DNA from: the human T2T-CHM13v2.0 reference genome, Homo sapiens
Length of the DNA: 64,000 bases
NCBI RefSeq assembly: GCF_009914755.1
Contig: NC_060937.1
Reading direction: 5' to 3' (one strand)
The notes below the pieces were generated by a model. The model worked only from the letters and a program-made list of their open reading frames with translations, was not told the origin of the DNA and searched no databases. Both the position numbers and the translations under genes were made by a program. This document shows, piece by piece, positions 60,301 through 64,000 of the stretch; the stretch's first letter is position 1; every line of letters starts with the position of its first letter.

Positions 60301-60519
60301 TACATAGTGGTACTGCAGCAGTTGTTGTAGTATCAAAGATAAGTAATAGTACCAATAGAGGTTAGTGGTGATGGTAATAATAATAGTGGCATTAGTCATG
60401 TTTAATTAGGAGCACAAAAATAAGCATACGAATAGCAAGAGACAAAGCAAAAATTATGTTAGCAATGTTATTGAGGATCTAAAACAGAGCTGTGAGGAGT
60501 TACTACTTCATTCAGAAGG

Positions 60520-60800
60520 TAAGCCTGCTATTGAAGGCTTGTGAAGAAGGCACACGATGACAACTGCGGGAAAAATGGACTAAGAAGTGAGCAGTTCTTA
60601 AGAAGCTTTGATTTGGGTCTATTACAGAGTCTATTACAATAAGGACATAGTGCTGAACTAGACTGGAGGCAGGGGAGATGAACAGGAGAAAAGAAGTAAG
60701 GGAGAGAATTCAGAGGTAGAACTGAAACCAATTAATTGTACAAATGCAATATGGCAGTCAGAGGAGCCAAATGATTCCATCACCCACATGTGAGTTTCTC
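60520..60800 (-). mobile_element. L2 fragment
   Basis: ctattgaaggctttg-like; gagagaattcagaggtagaact; ggagccaaatgattcc. Confidence 0.5.
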
Positions 60801-61141
60801 CTGCTCCCAGAACAGAACTTCCAAGGTCATAGTATTGTGTATTTTATTCTATTTAGCTCTTTCCTCACAGAATCACAGGAGCATCACTTCTGTTCTGTAT
60901 GCCTCCTTTGCTCTATCCTCTCCTCCTGCTCTATTTCATCCCACAATTTTAGCCATTTTTAATACTAACAATATAAATTCTTAGTACTGGTCCACGGTTT
61001 TAAAATAAATAAAGGCAAGATGTCTAAATCATCTCCTTTATTTTTTCACCCAACTTAAGAAATGCCAACCCACAGGCCATTGAATTCAGTCCCTGACTAG
61101 AGTGCAAATGTTTGATTCTAATTGAGATCCTGGCTTTGCCA

Positions 61142-61798
61142 TGTTAAAAGAAAAACTTTACACAAATTAAATTTAGCAAAGTTTACTTGAGCAAAGAACA
61201 ATTCATGAATCAGGCAGCACTCAGAACCAGAAGAGGTTTGGAGAGCTCCACACAGCAATGTGGGCAGGCTGAGAGCAAAAGAGGTGGCATGCAGAAACAG
61301 CTTGATTGGTTACAGCTCGGCATGTGCCTTATTTATACATGGTGTGATGGAGCATTTGCCTTGGACATGGTCAGTTGGCAGCCTGTGATTGGCTGAGACT
61401 CAGCTTTCTCTTATGAAAATATACTCTTAACAAAGTTTGTTCACGCCTGTAATCCCAGCACTTTGGGGGACTGAGGGGAGGTGGAGAATTTGAGGCCAGG
61501 ACTTCGAGACAAGCCTGGCCAACATGGTGAAACCCCATCTCTACTGAAAATACAAAAATTAGCTGGGTGTGGTGGCACACACCTGTAACCCCAGTTACTC
61601 AAGAGGCTGAGGCAGGAGGATCACTTGAACCTGGGATGCAGAGGTTGCAGTGAGCCGAGAACATACCACTGCACTCCAGCCTGGGAGACAGAGTGAAACT
61701 CCATTTCAAAAAATAAATAAATAAATAAATAAATAAATAAAAGATCATTTGCAATTTGTTACAAAAGGAGGCAGCTGTAAGCCAAATTAAATTTAACA
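61142..61798 (-). mobile_element. MER57-like ERV1 3' LTR, interrupted by an Alu
   Basis: Minus strand TGTTAAATTTAATTTGGC...AAAGTTTTTCTTTTAACA; CCAAT boxes (gattggtt, gattggct); polypurine tract AAAAAGGAGGAAA immediately upstream (61800-61812). Confidence 0.85.
61440..61742 (+). mobile_element. Alu (AluS/Jb-like), first ~15 nt missing, (AAAT)n tail
   Basis: tcacgcctgtaatcccagc...gagtgaaactccatttcaaaaaataaat. Confidence 0.95.
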
Positions 61799-62156
61799 AT
61801 TTCCTCCTTTTTGTCAGTCTTTTTAATTTTGAGAAATTGACTAAAATCTTGGACATTGACCTCACTCTCTTTCCCATGATAATGGACTGGTTTTGTCACA
61901 AAATGAAATTCAGAATTTACCATGTCAGGTTAGTTGAATGTATCTTTATGTTCTCTTTGTGTGTGTGTGTTTAATTCAAACCATAGTGAGGCCATGTTAT
62001 GTATAATGGGTGGCAGTATATGAACATTTAAAACTCTTGAGAGGATATGGCACACCAGGGAGAATATTATGATGGCTCTCAGGAGGATAATACTAAGAGA
62101 CTGAAATACACTCCTTAACAGGAGCCCCCAGAAATCAAACTGATTAAAATCAAATA

Positions 62157-62486
62157 CAGTCATGCGCTGTATAGCAGTGTTTCAGTCAATGATGGACTGC
62201 ATATGATGGTGGTTCCATACAATACTGTATTTTACTATACTTTTTCTATGTGTAGATATGTTTTGATATGAAAATACTTACCAATGTATTCCAATTGCCT
62301 ATAATATTCAGTACAGTATCATGCTGTGCAGGTTTGTAGAGTAGAAACCACAGGTTATGCCCTATAGGCTAGTGTGTAGTAAGCTATACCATCAAGGTTT
62401 GTGTAACTACACTCTATTATGTTCACAAAATCATACAATGACACATTCTTCAGAATGTATCCCCATGGTTAAGGCACACATAACTG
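62157..62486. mobile_element. Tigger3a (MER7A)-like MITE inserted in env
   Basis: TA|CAGTCATGCGC...GCACACATAACTG|TA terminal inverted repeats with TA duplication. Confidence 0.9.
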
Positions 62487-63501
62487 TATATAAAAAATGT
62501 GCCAGGAGAAGAATCTACTTGCTTTAGCGAAGTAGCTTGTATGTTGGTTTCTTGCAATCGAATTTCTACGAAACCAGATTTATTTATCCAAGTGCAGCAG
62601 GAGGAGTTAGCTGTTGTGCACATTCCCCCTACTGTTTAGCCAATAGATAGCCCAAAGAAATCATGTTATCTATAACAACTTCAGCATGAGAATTTAAAGA
62701 AGCTTTGTGGGCAGCTATAACTTTTGCAGTAAAGTTGTCTATAATAGCTAATATTTGAGACATATTTCTAATCATAACTTTATTTACATTTATGCCATAC
62801 CAAGGAAGGAGCAGTCTACCAAAAGATGACCATTTAAAGGGATTTTGTGCCTGCTGGCAAATTTCTCTTTATTTCATAGTGAAAATTAACACGTATAAAC
62901 TAATGTTCAGTTTCCAATTGATTATGGAGTGACAATGGTCCTGTTAAAATCCCTAATCCACATTGGTCCCTTATTTTCCACTTACTGAGACATAGAGTTG
63001 ACAACACATATGGTTAATTATTAAATTCTGCATAGATTAAAAATATTCTGTACATGGGCACAACAGACAGTTACGTGAAGATTCTGTGGGCCAGCAAACT
63101 ACGTACCAGACCTCAGAAGATCAAACTGCTGATAAAACCAGTTCTCACTCCAAAGACCCAGCAGATCAAATACAAATTCCAATATTAAGCTCAGAGCAAA
63201 TGAAAGAAATATTTCCTGAACAGGATGATCAACCCTATGTAGTAGACAAGTAGGCAGAACCTCAGAGAGAAGAGCCCATCACAGAGTTCTCTGTGGAATG
63301 CCTTGTCTGTTAGGGGTCATCAGTAGGGAAGCACAAGTATTATTTGTCAAAGGCTCCATTATTGAATAATCATGTGTTTGGAGGCTAACAGATAAGGAAT
63401 TGGGATTATAAATTTGTCTAAAAACTCTCAAATTATCTTTTTTGTTTGTTTGTTTTCTTATTCAATGTATGGCATAATTTAACTACAAAACCCTTACTAG
63501 G

Positions 63502-63830
63502 GGCAGGGCGCGGTGGCTCACGCCTGTAATCCTAGCCCTTTGGGAGGCCGAGGTGGGCGGATCACCAGGTCAGGAGATCGAGACCATCCTGGCTAACACG
63601 GTGAAACCCCGTCTCTACTAAAAAAAATACAAAAAAATTACCCGGGCTTGGTGGCGGGCGCCTGTAGTCCCAGCTACTTAGGAGGCTGAGGCAGGAGAAT
63701 GGCATGAACCCGGGAGGCGGAGATTGCCGTGAGCCAAGATCGCGCCACCGCACTCCAGCCTGGGCGACAGAGCGAGACTCCCGTCTCAAAAAAGAAAAAC
63801 CAAACCAAACCAAACCAAACAAAACAAAAC
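63502..63830 (+). mobile_element. Full-length AluY with (CAAA/CCAAA)n tail
   Basis: ctggctaacacggtg and gaatggcatgaacccggg; TSD AAACCCT(T/C)ACTAGG at 63488-63501 and 63831-63844. Confidence 0.97.
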
Positions 63831-64000
63831 AAACCCTCACTAGGTTTTGCCTACTCTAAGAATTAAGGAATCTAAAATACCTGAATCTAAAAACCTAACT
63901 CTATAGAAAGTACCAAATGTGCAATTTGAACAAATAGTCATACTTGAAATATCAGTGAAATTTGTTATGGGGTGAACCAGAGAACCTCTAACATCATTTA

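Larger units (their letters stand above)
61799..64000 (-). pseudogene. env: ERV1 internal region (MER57-int-like) with decayed env
   Basis: Minus-strand translation: cleavage-site-like IKR|NLPAG (about 62860); ISD-like VVIDNMISLGYLLAKQ and CX6CC CTTANSSCC-TWIN (62581-62690); TM helix LLRSVFQSLSIILLRAIIIFSLVCHILSRVLN (ORF 61930..62163); stops and frameshifts. Confidence 0.8.

Noticed and set aside
61930-62163. Hydrophobic ORF as a captured env (syncytin-like) gene
   Set aside because: Only the TM segment is open, its ATG comes from the inserted Tigger3a, and upstream env has stops and frameshifts.

Overview
Primate-type (simian Alu/L1PA/THE1 content), AT-rich, repeat-dense non-coding DNA: gene desert or large intron. 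I found no protein-coding exon, tRNA, rRNA or CRISPR array. ORFs in the track with recognisable homology are Alu read-throughs, decayed LINE-1 ORF1/ORF2 pieces or a decayed ERV env segment; the rest look like chance ORFs. Main content: about 15 Alu elements, many MaLR/ERVL solo LTRs, MIR/L2/L3 relics, DNA-transposon MITEs and two long ancient L1M bodies. There is also a TSD-bounded 5.4-kb L1PA8A-like element (31358-36760, minus), a 1.2-kb AT-rich minisatellite, and the 3' end (LTR, PPT, env) of a MER57-like ERV1 provirus at the right edge. Most unusual structures: a 98-bp two-state palindrome (48044-48141), an in-frame L1 ORF1-ORF2 fusion that removes the endonuclease domain, a short L1 3' transduction, an ancient local duplication of an L1/L1 junction, and a CpG-retaining unique segment with splice signals (24551-24744). 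Repeat family names come from my recall of consensus sequences, not a database search. Boundaries without a TSD are approximate. I see no convincing evidence of a new multi-component biological system.
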